The notes under the pieces are model-generated. The model had not been told where the DNA came from. It searched no databases and saw only the letters and a program-made list of their open reading frames with translations. 64,000 nt of DNA from Ginglymostoma cirratum. Its lineage: Eukaryota. The translations under genes and the position numbers were made by a program. Positions 51,611 through 64,000 of the stretch are shown piece by piece. Location of the stretch: positions 17,426,258 through 17,490,257 of the forward strand of contig JAHRHZ010000087.1 in assembly GCA_024137785.1 (NCBI GenBank), given 5' to 3'. Position 1 is the first letter of the stretch, and the number at the start of each line of letters is the position of its first letter.

Positions 51611-52534
51611 ACAACCTAATGATAATCGCTCCACTGGTAAGTTTTTCAGAAAAACTTTTCCCTCTTTCCTTTAATCAAAACACTAACGCTGAGAAAAATC
51701 TAGGCCACGGACTTTTCTTTTCTCATAAATCCAATGTTCCCAAGAGACTTCACAGTGCCTTGAAAGGGAAGCTGGCTGTAACACAACGGATTTTTAGATC
51801 AATCCCTCAAACCATTTTCTACAAAATAAAACAGAGATCACTAATCTGAGAATTTCAAAAACGTTTTTTTAAATTGAAAACCTCTTGCAGCATTTTAAAT
51901 TGGTTTCCTACCAATTATTCCCTTCCTGAGTGGAAGATGAATGGAAAGGTTGCTGTAATTAAATACTGCTTAGATTTACATTGTTTAGACTGCGGAGGCT
52001 CAAAGTGGTACCGCACTAGCACCTTATTGAGGGCAGTTAGAAATGGGCAACAAATGTTGACTTTGCCAGGAATGTTCACACCCCATGGATGAACCTTTTC
52101 TAAAAAAAAACAATTAACTCTTTCAGTTTGCTTGATGAATAATAAGTTTTTTTTTTCTTTTTTTAAAATCACTGTGTGCAGATGGGATTATAAAAAGTAG
52201 TTAGTGTATGGGTTATTTCTAAGTATGAACAAAATCGCCACAGGATTGGCATAGTAACGATCTACGGTTAATAGTTATGCAGTCGAAGAGGGTGGCCTGG
52301 AGCAGTGATAAGATTAAAAGCAGACAATTTGCAGAATAAGCTACTCCAAGGACAGAATGTAGTTTAATAGGTGTGGCTACCTAGACCTTATAGTAATGTA
52401 TATATTAGTAGACTGAAGTGTTAGGGCAATCTATTCAGATACGTTATGATGCACCTCTGATTCCCTTCATTGACTTTGCCTTTTAGGTTATGAGCTCTTC
52501 CCAGGCGCATTCCAGGACAGACAATGAAACTTTC

Positions 52535-53461
52535 TGTTATGGACCAGGCTACGCCGCCTCAAACTATTTTACGAAAGCAGCCTAGATCCTAACATTTTCT
52601 TATCTTCGCGGTAGATGTGAAGTGTGTGTTCCAGATGTGATACGACTGGTCAAACTATTCAACGTTAAGCAAAACATGATTTATTTAAACACTATAATTA
52701 AAACACAAACAAAAGAAAGAGGAATTTAGAATAACTTAACTATTGGAAAACTTAACCAAATAATAGATAGAGTACCTATTACTAATTAACTGTTCCAATA
52801 TAGTAACATTCCATAAACACATCCCTTGGCAAAAAGGCAAATTTAGACACAGATTCTTATGTGGAATTCTCCAATCCAGGAGGAAAAATGTTCAAGAGAA
52901 AATTCAGATAGAGTAGCAGCTAGGACACTTTCACTGAAGTTTCCGAATCTTTCGAGATCCCAAACAGCTTCTGATTAAAACTGAACCTAAAATCTAAAAA
53001 AAACTGGAAAGCCCAGTTTGAGAGAGCTGCTTCCATTGTTCCAACTTTTAAAAAAATCTGAAGGCCTCAGAAGTTTCGATTCCACCCTCTGGCAACTGTC
53101 TGTGTGGAGTTTGCACATTCTCCCCGTGTCTGCGTGGGTTTCCTCCGGGTGCTCCGGTTTTCTCCCAAAGTCCAAAGATGTGCAGGTTTAGGTGGATTGG
53201 CTTTGCTAAATTGCCCATAGAGTCCGGGATGGGAAATGTAGAGATAGGGTAGGGGGTGGTTCTGGGTGGTATGGTCTTTGCACGGGCGGTGTGGACCAGA
53301 TGTGCTGAATGGCCTGCTTCTACACTGTAGTGATTCTATACTAAGTTGTTTACCTAAGTCGTCTTCAAGTAGCCAGTTTGTCACCTCTGCCTTACTCTTC
53401 TGGCACCTCTTCAGAAAGAAAACAAGACAAAATAATCTTTTAAAGTTACAGAATTGCCACA
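52535..53461 (-). mobile_element. Solo LTR candidate carrying an HE1 insertion
   Basis: tgttat...gccaca termini, flanks tttc/attc (3/4 match), polyA signal on the - strand (tttatt near 52680). Confidence 0.6.
53073..53340 (+). mobile_element. HE1-type V-SINE, 5'-truncated at the B box
   Basis: tgtgtggagtttgcacattctccccgtgtctgcgtgggtttcctccgggtgctccggttt V-domain plus tail. Confidence 0.9.
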
Positions 53462-54189
53462 ATTCTCCATGCCATCTATTGAAGCATTAAGAAATTAATT
53501 GAAGAATTGCTTTGCCATATGTGCCGGTACAGTGACGAGCAGTAACAACAACCTGAGAGATAGCTACAGTTTTGCCAGCTTGCCCACCATTCTTTAATAC
53601 TAATGGGCAGGTCTCATGTACTCAGTGGCATCTGAAAGTAAACTTCCCAGATGGGTTCAGAATGGTAATAAGTGTTAATTAACTCTCAAGCTAATGACTT
53701 ACTTAAATAGGAAAGGCCAATGGGTTTTCAAAATTTATACAATTACTGTAAATGGGCAGAAATTTAAACCTGTCTACTTTCCAGGGAATATACTTGATGT
53801 TTCCATTCTAAGGTAATTAAATATTATACAACTTTTTGAATGAAATGGAGGAATGGCACACAATGTCGAATAATCACACTAGCATCCATGTCTAGTCTAC
53901 CAGCAAAAATTCAGACAATGCATCTTTTATGAAAGATTTCAATCCATTATACTGATAATACATTAATCCATAGGTTGACACCACTAAAAATTAGTGGGAA
54001 AATACTTTTAGTACTAGTGTTCAATATGTTTGTTACGAATATTGCATAATGTGGGTATAATTCATTTATAGAGACGTAATTAACGAAAATTAAGCCCTCA
54101 AAATTTCATTCATTTGTACTTTGCCCAAAGGCATATCCTTGGCTCATTATCTGCTGGTCCTTCATCCTGAGCTGTTTTCTTTGCACCGT

Positions 54190-54335
54190 TTGTTGGTGGT
54201 GGTTTGTCATTGCCTTCCACTCTCAGGGAGGGTAAGGAGATAGGTTTCAAATCTACCTCAGCCAAAAGATGAATCAAACCTCTACTGTTGGTCTAAGTCT
54301 GAACCACTGCAGGCCACCCAGCCAACCGAGCTAAT
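54190..54335 (-). mobile_element. tRNA-derived SINE, old
   Basis: Reverse-complement head ttagctcggttggctgggtgg; related to 57350-57495. Confidence 0.5.
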
Positions 54336-55289
54336 TGATGTGCATACAGGAAAGGTATGGGTAGGAAAGGTGTGACTTTTCATCATCAAAAGGTCAGAAT
54401 CACAGAAAACTACAAACCTTTTAAATATATGGATGAGTGTGCCTGGAATACTGTTGGTAAAACCTCTCCAAAAGCTTTGACCTGGATACGCATTTATACA
54501 GGTTATACATGCAGGAGGATAACAAACTTCAGTTGAGAAATCTGGAGGTCTGGGATTCCCCACTTGCTGTGGAATTTTAACTCTGTAGCAGGAATACTTT
54601 GGCCACTTCCTCTCAGGAAATCACTAAAGGGCAGGTTACAAGAAAGTTATGGTGTTTCCAATCCCGGGCCTGTGTGGGGAAAGACTGGGGTGGTGTTGTC
54701 AGTGTCCTATCCTGCCTTGGTAAAACTTGGATATTGTGACTTGAAGCACCACCTCTGTCAGTAGCAATCTTAAAGTAGGAATCCTCTTTCCAACTCCTTC
54801 AATCTACAGTATTTGGATATTGCTTGTTTTTGCTTCCCAGTATATATTGATAACAGCCTGATAAACAGCTATCATCATACATGCTACCATAAATTCCTCT
54901 GCCATTGTAGAAGGAAACAGATCATGACAAGAGAGAGAAGAATATTCAACATTGGTAAAGCTGGCCTTTCTCACTGCTTTTCAAGAGCACCCCTCCAAAT
55001 ACAATTAGAACTTTGAAGAGAGAGCAGCTGATGGGAAGGAGAATGTCAGGCCCTACTCAAAATTAAACGTTTATTGTGTGGATTGATGCTGCACTGAGTT
55101 TGGGTTTAGGCTGGATTGGCTGAGGAAAAGGCAAAGTCAAGAACTGTCTTCATGCTTAGACTTCAAAATAACATTATTTATTATAATTTCATTCTAAATA
55201 TTGCTTTACATGGCAATCATATATATGCTAGTCTCTGATTTGCATTAGGTAAAGACTATTCTGTCTTCTTGCTGTGCTTATGTACATTT

Positions 55290-56407
55290 TGTCAAAACTC
55301 ACTGGGGTAATGTGTGCTGGAAATCAAGCTTTTCTTTGAATTATCACAAAGGTTGAAAATTTTAAATAGTGACCAAAGATTCCCCAATAACCTTATCTTC
55401 AGCCCCAGGTTAACAGACCAGGTTTCTGTACTTAACATAGATTACTGCTTATTACAAGATCCTACCTACAGGTGAACAATTATGAACTGTTAGCATATAA
55501 ATCTACTAATTAGAACTCTAATCACTTTATAAACTCCCCCTTACATATGCACAGGCAAAAACAAACAGGGAAAAAAACATGGGTTATGAAATAAGGGAGA
55601 AACTGGGAAAACAGTTCAGTGGTTCCTATTCAAGGGTTGCTAGGAATGATTCTTCTAAGTGTTATGCTGGTCGGAATGCTGCTTCTCAAAAGTCCTTCTC
55701 TGCTTCCATTGGTTTTCAAATAGCACAGGCTGGCTGATTCACTTATGGCTTATTAATTATAAGTTCTAATGTACAGTAACTGCTAAAGGAAGAATAAAAT
55801 ATTTCTCTTCAGGCTTAAATGGCTTATTGCAGAGAACAGAGAGACAGTGCTCCTAAGTTAATGATAGTCTGCAGATTCTCCATATTTTGTTCACAGCCCC
55901 AAGCTTTTCAGCGATGTGAGAACCAATCATAAGCTTGTTGACAAGTAGAAGGCCTTTATCATTGATAACTGGTCACAAGTCCTTAGACCAATCAGAATCT
56001 TAGTACCAACTAAAGCTCCATCTGTATGCAGCCCCTCTGCTCAAGCTCACCTATAAACTACACTTCAACAGTTGGTTCACAAGCAAATGTATAAATGATA
56101 CTTGCAATGAGTGTCAGGTTACTTGTTTTTAAACATGCAGCAATCATCCAATCATTCTTGGATTTTAAAATAATTCATTTCTTGTTTAGGCCCACAATTA
56201 AAAATACAGAAAAATGGAACGAACATGGTATTTTGAGTCTGCTCTCTCTAATTTCTTCTAATGTTCCAGTCTGGCATAGTATATTCCAGTTCCACCTACG
56301 CCATGTATTTATGTTCAGTGATATTTGCTCTATGACATTATTGCGAAGTTGCTTCTGAAATCCTTGCATATAAACTCTCCCCAAGTATTTTAACCCTGTC
56401 GTAAACA
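55290..56407. mobile_element. LTR-like repeat
   Basis: TG...CA bounded, several CCAAT boxes; shares a 78-bp block with 49307-49384; no convincing TSD. Confidence 0.4.
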
Positions 56408-56689
56408 ATGGTTTTCATTGATATACATTTGCAAATGAGTTACCTATATTACTTCTTTTGAGAATGGTTATTTGTTATCTCACCAATTCTCCCAAGTTTC
56501 TTGGTATGTACTTTAGACTGTGGCACATTTCTCTGAGAGAAGGCCTCCTTTGCTAAAGAGTACATTGCTGGCAGAAGACTGGAAATTTTGCGTTTTCTCA
56601 TGCAGGGTTTTGAAACCACACTTATAGCAAGATAGAGTTGTGTCAGACTGCCTAGGATTTTGCAATGATATTGTCACATTTCACTTATC

Positions 56690-57340
56690 AACCACTGTCA
56701 AAGAATTATTAGCCATCACTTCCACCACCACGATTGGGATGCCACAACCAAAAACAATTGCCCCCTCCTCCCTTATCAGCATTCCACAAAGACCGTTCCA
56801 TATGGAACACCTTACTCTATTCCTCCTCCACTCCCACCTCCCCACACTCTCACAATACCTTTCCATACAATCCCTGAAGATGTAACACCTGCCCTTTTAC
56901 CTCCTCCCTCCTCACTATCCAAGGCCCCAGACACACTTTCCAGATGAAGCAGAGATTTACCCGCACTTCACTCAATCTTGTCTACTGAATTCACTGCTCA
57001 CAATGTGGTCTCCGCTACATAGGGAGCTGAAACGCAGACTGGGTGACCACTATGCAGATTATTTACATTGTGTCTGTAAAAATGACCCTGAGCTTCCGTT
57101 CTCCTGCCACCTCTTCACAACAGTGTTCTCTGGCCAACATTTTTGTTTCAGGCCTGCTGCAGTGTTCCAGCGAAACTCAGCACAAGCTCCAAGAACAACA
57201 TTGCACTTTCTACCTGGGGACCCTGCAGCATCTGGGACTCAACATCCAATTCATTAACGTTAGAGCCTGATTGCATCCTTCCATTTTTTTTCCCATGCCC
57301 ACACCCAGTCCTGTATTGCCACTGGGTGGTTTTAGCTCGG
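56690..57340 (+). mobile_element. Penelope-like element, GIY-YIG endonuclease end
   Basis: NLVY*IHCSQCGLRYIG/ELKRRLGDH (about 56974-57050) and KLQEQHCTFYLGTLQHLGLNIQF. Confidence 0.85.
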
Positions 57341-57349
57341 CCAACTCTG

Positions 57350-57495
57350 GTAGTTTAACCAGTGGGTCTGAGGTGAAGGGAGAGGTAGAGAAGGAGAGTC
57401 CTTCATGGTTACCTCAGCCAATGTGGTAAGTGAACCCATGCAACACACTGCATTGCAAACCAGATATCCAACAAACTCAGCTAACCAACACCCCT
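57350..57495 (-). mobile_element. tRNA-derived SINE
   Basis: Reverse complement: ggttagctgagtttgttgg..gggttcactt..ggctgaggtaaccatgaaggactctcc. Confidence 0.6.
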
Positions 57496-57499
57496 ATTA

Positions 57500-58230
57500 T
57501 TTGAAGGGTAGTCACTTTTGCAATGAAATATGTGCAGCAGCAATGAGGTCACCAAGAGTTGGAGGATTGTAGGAGGCCAGGCTGAGAGCCAGTCTGATGA
57601 TGTGCATCAGAGGCATTACAGCAATTGCTGGAGCTATAGTATGAGGTAAGGGAATGTCTGAAGGAGATTCTGAGGATATGTGCATGCGCAGATGATAGAA
57701 GAATACATCTTGACTATGAGTGCTGCCATGTTTCTGACATATTCACAACTGTTTTTCTCCATCAAGGTAATGGGAACCTTTGAGGAGAGCCAGTTCCAGC
57801 AGACCTATCAATGGATGCTGGAGATGTATGCAGATCTGTATGCCATCACCTTGTCCATGAGCTGTATGCAACAGTGACATGTCAACTGGTGATCAAGGCA
57901 CCTGGAGTCTCCTTCGGTTCTTCAAACATCCCCGATCAGAATGGAGATGCCTCATAAGGAAGAGGAGCAGCAGCCATGTGTATAAGAGCTCTTCTCAGGC
58001 TCTCCTGGTTTGGCCACTCAAGCCCTCTGACAGTGACCTCACTCTACCATGACAACAGTGAAGGTTCCTGCATATGTAGAGCGGCGGAGCCTTTCAGCAT
58101 GCCAAGGTCCCTCCAACCTCAGGCAGCTGCAGGGAAGTCATCCCAAGCGAAGAGGCAGCAATGTCAGCAGCCCAACTCACCTCAGCTGCAAATGCAGGAA
58201 CAGCAGTGTATAAGAAATTTATGAAGAGTA
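57500..58230 (+). mobile_element. Probable Harbinger Myb-gene 3' region
   Basis: Composition resembles the downstream parts of the 13331 and 36450 remnants, and it is convergent with the transposase; no diagnostic motif seen. Confidence 0.3.
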
Positions 58231-58272
58231 CCTTGTTGTACTTTGGGGTCACTGGTGAATAGTGTGTCTAAC

Positions 58273-59410
58273 TGTAAACGCTGGGATTTCTTGTTGCATC
58301 AAATAAACAATTCATGAATTTTGCACTTCTCCTGCTTTTATATTTTGTAATCCCATAGGAATTGGGGATACGCTGGATCTCTTAAAGGATTGGTCACAAG
58401 GTACCAAGCCTCATGTGCTGAACACTTCACTCTTGCTGCTACTTCGTGTGTGAATGGGCACCGTAAATGTTTCCACTTCTTCCCCCACCACTCCCCACTT
58501 TTTATTGATCTTGGACATTTGGAATTACAAGAACAAAATACGCATTACACAGTTTGACTCAACTTCAGATTCATTCATGTATTGAACTCACAGTAATCCA
58601 TCCCCAATACAAATCTTCCTATGAATTGTTTAGAATTTATTCGAAATCCAAAACACAAAACATTTACACAGGTTGACTGAAACTTACATGAAATACCACA
58701 TACCAAACCCCTCCACAACTTCCCCCAATACAATCCCTCTGCGATTTGACTGAAACTTACGATCACCACACAGCTGGATGTTACCAGTGTTGATTGTAGG
58801 CCTGATAATAAACATGGTCGTCTTGTCTTTCTTTTATGATGATAAATTTCACAATATCACAAACACATCTCTTGTTTCCATCCTGCTAATCATCTGGTGT
58901 TTAACACACCTTTTATCTTTAGATTATTACGTGCCCTGTTCCAGATGAGGCTGGACAGACAATGCTGTTTCCATAACATAAGACTTTACAATCATTCCCC
59001 ATGTTAAGGGATAGCTGACTCCATGATTGATAGAAGTGTGAATGCTCCTTCCCACTTGTCAGAAAGTAATTGTGCTATGGTCATTGTCCAGGGTCATTTG
59101 CTATGCCAATAACATTCCTAATTTCATAACAGTGATATATGATAGCAGTTTTCCTGTATTTGATGATACTCCTTTCAATGTCTAGTTTTATTAGACAATG
59201 CCAGTTACCTTGCACTGTTGTTTCTGATAATGTTACTTGTAGTCTTTTAATAAGTCAGAATTCGGCTAGCTCACCATTCTACCAGCTTACAATTAACACC
59301 TTCATACCTATATAGCTCACATCAGTATGTTGTTTTCAGTTTAGCTATTCACATTTTACAGTTCAACATCATGTCTGTAATTTTGGGGTTTTGAAAGCTT
59401 ACGATTTTAC
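58273..59410. mobile_element. LTR-like insertion
   Basis: Inverted termini tgtaaacg...cgattttaca; internal repeat ttgactgaaacttac twice; tttatt signals; no TSD seen. Confidence 0.35.
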
Positions 59411-59619
59411 AGTTCAGCAAGGTAATGTCCTACTGCACAAAGTAACAGAATGGAAGCAGAAAAGGGGGACAGCTGAGTTGCAGAAAGATAACACATAACT
59501 AGTATGAATCCAATAAATAGTAAGGACTATATGAAATGTCTGTGTTAGGGAACTGCATGTTTCCTTTGTATGTATGTTTCATAACTTGCCTGTGGTCCTT
59601 GAGGTTCCTAACCTTGTAT

Positions 59620-60560
59620 TAACTGGTCAGCAGCTTCCTACATACCCTCACCATTGGAGAAGCTATCATTATCCTCATTGTTCAACATTTACTCCACTCT
59701 GCAACACAGGGTTGTGCAGTGCAGACCACCCCATAATCTGTGAGACTCATGCTGGGGCATATTAAAAGGCTCACCCCTTCAGGTGCCCATTTGGGCACCT
59801 GAATCACATCTATGGAAGGCTTACAGCCAGCTCAACTTTCACTTTAGTTGCCACATGGCACATGTTATACCTCTCCTCTGTATCCATGTGTAGGTTTCTC
59901 ACAGCTAGTTCCCTAGGGGATAGCCTTGTCTATGTGTATCCATCCCTGAGGGCAAGCAGGGCACCAGAAAATCGGTGGCACAATGGAGTGGCTGCTTGCC
60001 TGATCCATCCACATACCAGAAGGATCCACCTACAGTGATCAACAGAGTGGAAGACTTTCGTGCTGGTGAAGGATATTGACAGGTCAGTTGGAATCTTAAT
60101 GGCTATCTGCAGTCAATCACACACTGCAACTGGGGAAATCTAGCTATGGCTCTGAATCCAGTTGCTGTCTCAACTTGACTGTTTGGACCAGTGCAGAACA
60201 ACATATTCATTCTCTTGAACAGGGCATCCATTACCACTTTGATACATCGTGGTCATATCACACACATCTCCAGTGGTGCCAGGACAGATCCTGAAGGATG
60301 GACATTCAGCACCACAATGACATTTAGAGACACTACTATTTTATGACTACCACCTCTAAGTGACTCAGTTCATCACCCAGCATAGCACAAATATCAGTGA
60401 CAGTTTCCTTGGAGAAGTACAGTCTTCAGATGGTTGACTCTCTCTGGAGGCGAGCTTCCTCTGCTCTCAGGAGGCTATTCATCTGTCCCTCTGGCCCCTT
60501 CTACATCTCCATCCCAACACAGGCCATCTTCTTGTGGTTAAAATTATTGATTGTCCACTG
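59620..60560 (-). pseudogene. PIF/Harbinger DDE transposase (HARBI1-like) fossil
   Basis: RLYFSKETVTDICAMLGDEL; GFRAIARFPQLQCVIDC/IAIKIP (60088-60159); DK(G)YPL (59911-59930); TEERYNMCHVATKVKVE..M*FRC; ALHN (about 59710-59722). Confidence 0.85.
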
Positions 60561-63064
60561 GCTATAGCCGGACTTACCTCCCTCTATGCTGCTTCTCCTT
60601 AATGACTGTCCTGAAAATTGGATTAATGGAGTCCAAAGCAGATGGTCTTTCTCAGTTTCCATGGCTGTAATGCATATCCCCATCTGCACTTCTTGTTCCA
60701 AATTGTCCCTACTTGGATGGGATTCTTATGTCATGGTCCTTACTGTGCTGGTACTTTTACCTCTTCACTCCTGACTTTGTTTATCATGCTGTGCCACCCA
60801 TCCCAGCTCACCACATTGGCTTTTACAATGAAAGCCAGCAGTGAACTCAAACATGCTTGCTGCCTCTATTGATTGAGCAAGCTGCAAAGCCCTCAGTTGC
60901 CACATCCCATTACTAATTGCTTTAAGGAAGCACTAAGTCAAGTTAATTGCCTAAATTACTCTGCCACTGTATTCATATACAAGATCCCTCTGCCATGTTG
61001 GTCACTGTCAGGAATATCTGGAAGCAAAGTGAAGACATTGCTCAGTATTGTGCCTTGCTTAGTCAGGCCTCAAAAAAAAGAAAAGTCTTGACCCTGGACA
61101 CTTGAGATTCGTACTTAAAGTTTTTGGTTAGTATTTAATCATGATTGAACTGCATACTGCTTTAAGATGAATAAATTATAAATAATGCCAAACAAGTGAA
61201 TTATTCTGTACAGGTTGTCATATATAAGCTACATATGTTGATTGACTTGGTTCACATATAACCACTACTGTGGTTGCCGAACTGATATGTACAATCAATC
61301 ATGCTGTAGTTTGAAAATCCTGCTATTTGGAAGAATCCCAGGGTTCTGTTGCTGTTTCTTCTTGCCCAAGGAATCCATAACAGCTTGTACTTGCAAACAT
61401 TGCATCAGTCACCTGATTAATGTATCTTTGGAATGCAGACCAATTTTACTGGTGTCCCCGCTCCCCTACCTCCCCCACCCCCCACCCCAAACCCCGGAAT
61501 GGAAAGAGATTGGAAAAAAGCTCAGAATGACCTTTGCAACTGTTGCAAATGCATGCTGGAGGTCATCTTGAAGAACATGGCCTAAATCTGTCATTCCCAT
61601 CCTGCTGAATGTCAGCCTTTGTGGATGTGTTGCTGCTTGATTTAAACCAAGTTGATTGCACTATAGCCAGTAGATCTAGTTGACAGGGTAAAGGAAATAG
61701 AATCCCTTCTTTTGTAGTGTATCCAAGCACTTTCTATCATCACTCTCTTTTTTCTTTCTGTAAGTAAAACCCTGTAAGTAAGTGCAGAGCGTCTCCCAGA
61801 GGAAACCTACTGTGAGATAGGGTGTTATGTGAGAAGTTGTAATAGCTTCAAAGCAATTGTGCAAATATCCCACTTGAACTCAAAAGAATTACAGAATCAG
61901 AAATACATTTGAAATCTCTGCTGACTGTTCCTTTAAGAAACTGCAAAGGTCAGACTAGCAACAATGAACCATGGGATTGTGAACAAAAGACACAGTAAAT
62001 GTTACTATATCACCTTCATGCCGCTGTACTTTTATTTAATATGGAAGGTACCTTCACCCAAGACCCAAAGCTCATGAGATAAACCATACATTGGCAGTGG
62101 AGACGGGCTGTTACTGCACCTTTTCTGTGTCCTAACATAATGGTCTTAATGATAATAACAGTCATCTACGACTTTTATTCTAGTACGCAAATTTAACATG
62201 TGGTAAGAGATTTGCCTTTAAGTACCATATATGGAAATAACAGTAAAGCAGTTATACACTGCCAAAAATCCAAATCGGATTCTCTCTTGCACAAGTTGTT
62301 GTAGGAATTGATATGCTTTTTAATCCTTTCTTGGAATTTGTGTGTTCCTGGCAAGTCTGGCATTTGCTACCAATCCCTAACCAACTTTAAGCCTGTTAAG
62401 AGGGCAGTTAAGAATCAACTATATTGTAACCGGTGTTCCTTGGAATCACTAAAAGACAATGTAAGTGTTAATGGAATTATCTTAAATGAAAAGTAAACAC
62501 TTTACATGGTGAATGCTGGAACTAGGAGAGTTGTATTAATTATTTGTAATAATAAAGTCCCAGACTTTTTAACATGAAAGGTACTTTTGGATTCATATAT
62601 CAAACATTTAACTGATTTCTTTAAAACTTGAATATAAACCTTACAACAAAATATGCAGCATTTTCTATTTGCAGCAATTATGAAAATATAATGCAGTTCC
62701 AATATACTCTGTTATGTGTCATGTATGGCAGATTCAGAGACATCACTGGAAAAACTGTGGAGGGACAGTTCTTTAGATGAGCTACTCAGAAGTTTATGAT
62801 TCTAATACAGACCATTCATGAAACAGGAAATAACATTACCTCAGATGTACCATCTTATTTTTGTTCCAAGATATTACTGAATATAACTGCCTCAGTAATT
62901 GAAAGAGTACATTCTCTTTTCATAGACGAACCACTAAAATTGTGGCATATTTTTGTGATTTAGATTGTCAATGGGCTAAAATTAATGCAAAAAAGCATCA
63001 CAATAATTCGTAAAACCACTTCCAAAAACTAATCCAGATTGAGAAGATGATCATAGAGTGAACT

Positions 63065-63410
63065 GATCAAATAAAAGCAAAGTATTGCAGATGTCAGAGA
63101 TCTTTAGTAAAAACAGAAAATGTAACAGAAACTTATCAGGTCTGGCAGCATCTGTGAAGAGAGAAACAAATTTAACATTTCAAGTCTGATACGACTTCTT
63201 CGGAACTGAAGGGTGATGCAAACAATGGTTTTTGGTGTTGACAAAGGGAAGGATGGGTGAGTGGAATACATGATGAAGTTGCCCAGAGCCCTTTTGTTAA
63301 TCTGTTCCATTCAATCCTCTTTCCTCTTTGTTAACAGGATTAAAAAAAATTCCAGACCTCTTCAGTCATATCAGACTCAAAACATTAACTCAGTTTTTCT
63401 CTCTATAGAA
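63065..63410. mobile_element. Penelope-like inverted pair with longer spacer, degenerate
   Basis: - arm agttccgaagaagtcgtatcagacttgaaatgtt; + arm agtcatatcagactcaaaacattaactc. Confidence 0.65.
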
Positions 63411-64000
63411 TGAATGTTGACTGCCCTCTATTGAACAAAATACAAACACAGAATTGATGAGGTTGTTTGATTACTGTTTCTTTCATCCCAATTGTAACAA
63501 TTTCAGCACTCAAAATTTCTACGCCTAAATTACTGAGACTAGTTGGAAATGTGACAATTTCAATATGAATTTTTGAGAACATTTCTGCATATTTGGATAC
63601 TACTTTATTTTTTATAGCAGAGTACACAATTTGCAAAGGTGAATTACTGGTTTAAGTCTCTTTGTTGCTGTTTGTTTCTATGTGATTAAGGAGAGCCCAG
63701 TTTTGGTACGTTGAGGCCCAAGTTTCTCATTTGGTTTGTACGGTGACTATGATAAAATTTCACTGCAACAAAGTAATTCTATTAGTCTTAGATTCCTCGT
63801 GGAAATGGGTGGATCATTGAAATTAAGAATGATGAGTTCATCAAGGCCAGTTTAAGGTTATTAGCATCCTACTGAGCCCTTGGTACTGCACGCCCCATTT
63901 GATGCACTATAATGGTCCCTTTATGATCGTCATGCATTCTGTACACCTCTTAGATGACACATTCCCAATTTTCTGCAAACCATGCTCATGGGGAAACAAT

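Noticed and set aside
1-64000. CRISPR arrays, operons, rRNA, endogenous DNA-virus genes
   Set aside because: No regularly spaced repeat-spacer array, long intact ORF or rRNA motif seen; the sequence is vertebrate repeat-rich DNA

Overview
Eukaryotic, repeat-dominated DNA with no intact protein-coding gene that I can support (intergenic or deep intronic). The repeat set points to a cartilaginous fish, most likely a shark (inference): HE1-type V-SINEs, CR1/HER1-like LINEs, a SacSINE1-like DeuSINE, Rex1/Babar, RTE, L2 and Penelope-like elements. Most listed ORFs are TE debris or chance. Highlights: (i) about 9 Penelope-like terminal-repeat loci carrying minimal hammerhead-ribozyme cores, including one intact core (17034-17070), three fold-back pairs and a 91-bp ribozyme-only insertion with a perfect 16-bp target-site duplication (29101-29223); (ii) PIF/Harbinger fossils: a HARBI1-like DDE transposase on the - strand and spliced Myb/SANT-like genes sharing an intron position; (iii) a GalEa-like Ty1/copia 5' half with a Met-tRNA PBS and gag zinc knuckle; (iv) two Ty3/gypsy pol fossils, several solo-LTR candidates, nested insertions and SINE-LINE tail pairs. 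Family names come from manual motif recognition, not database searches. Boundaries of old repeats are approximate.
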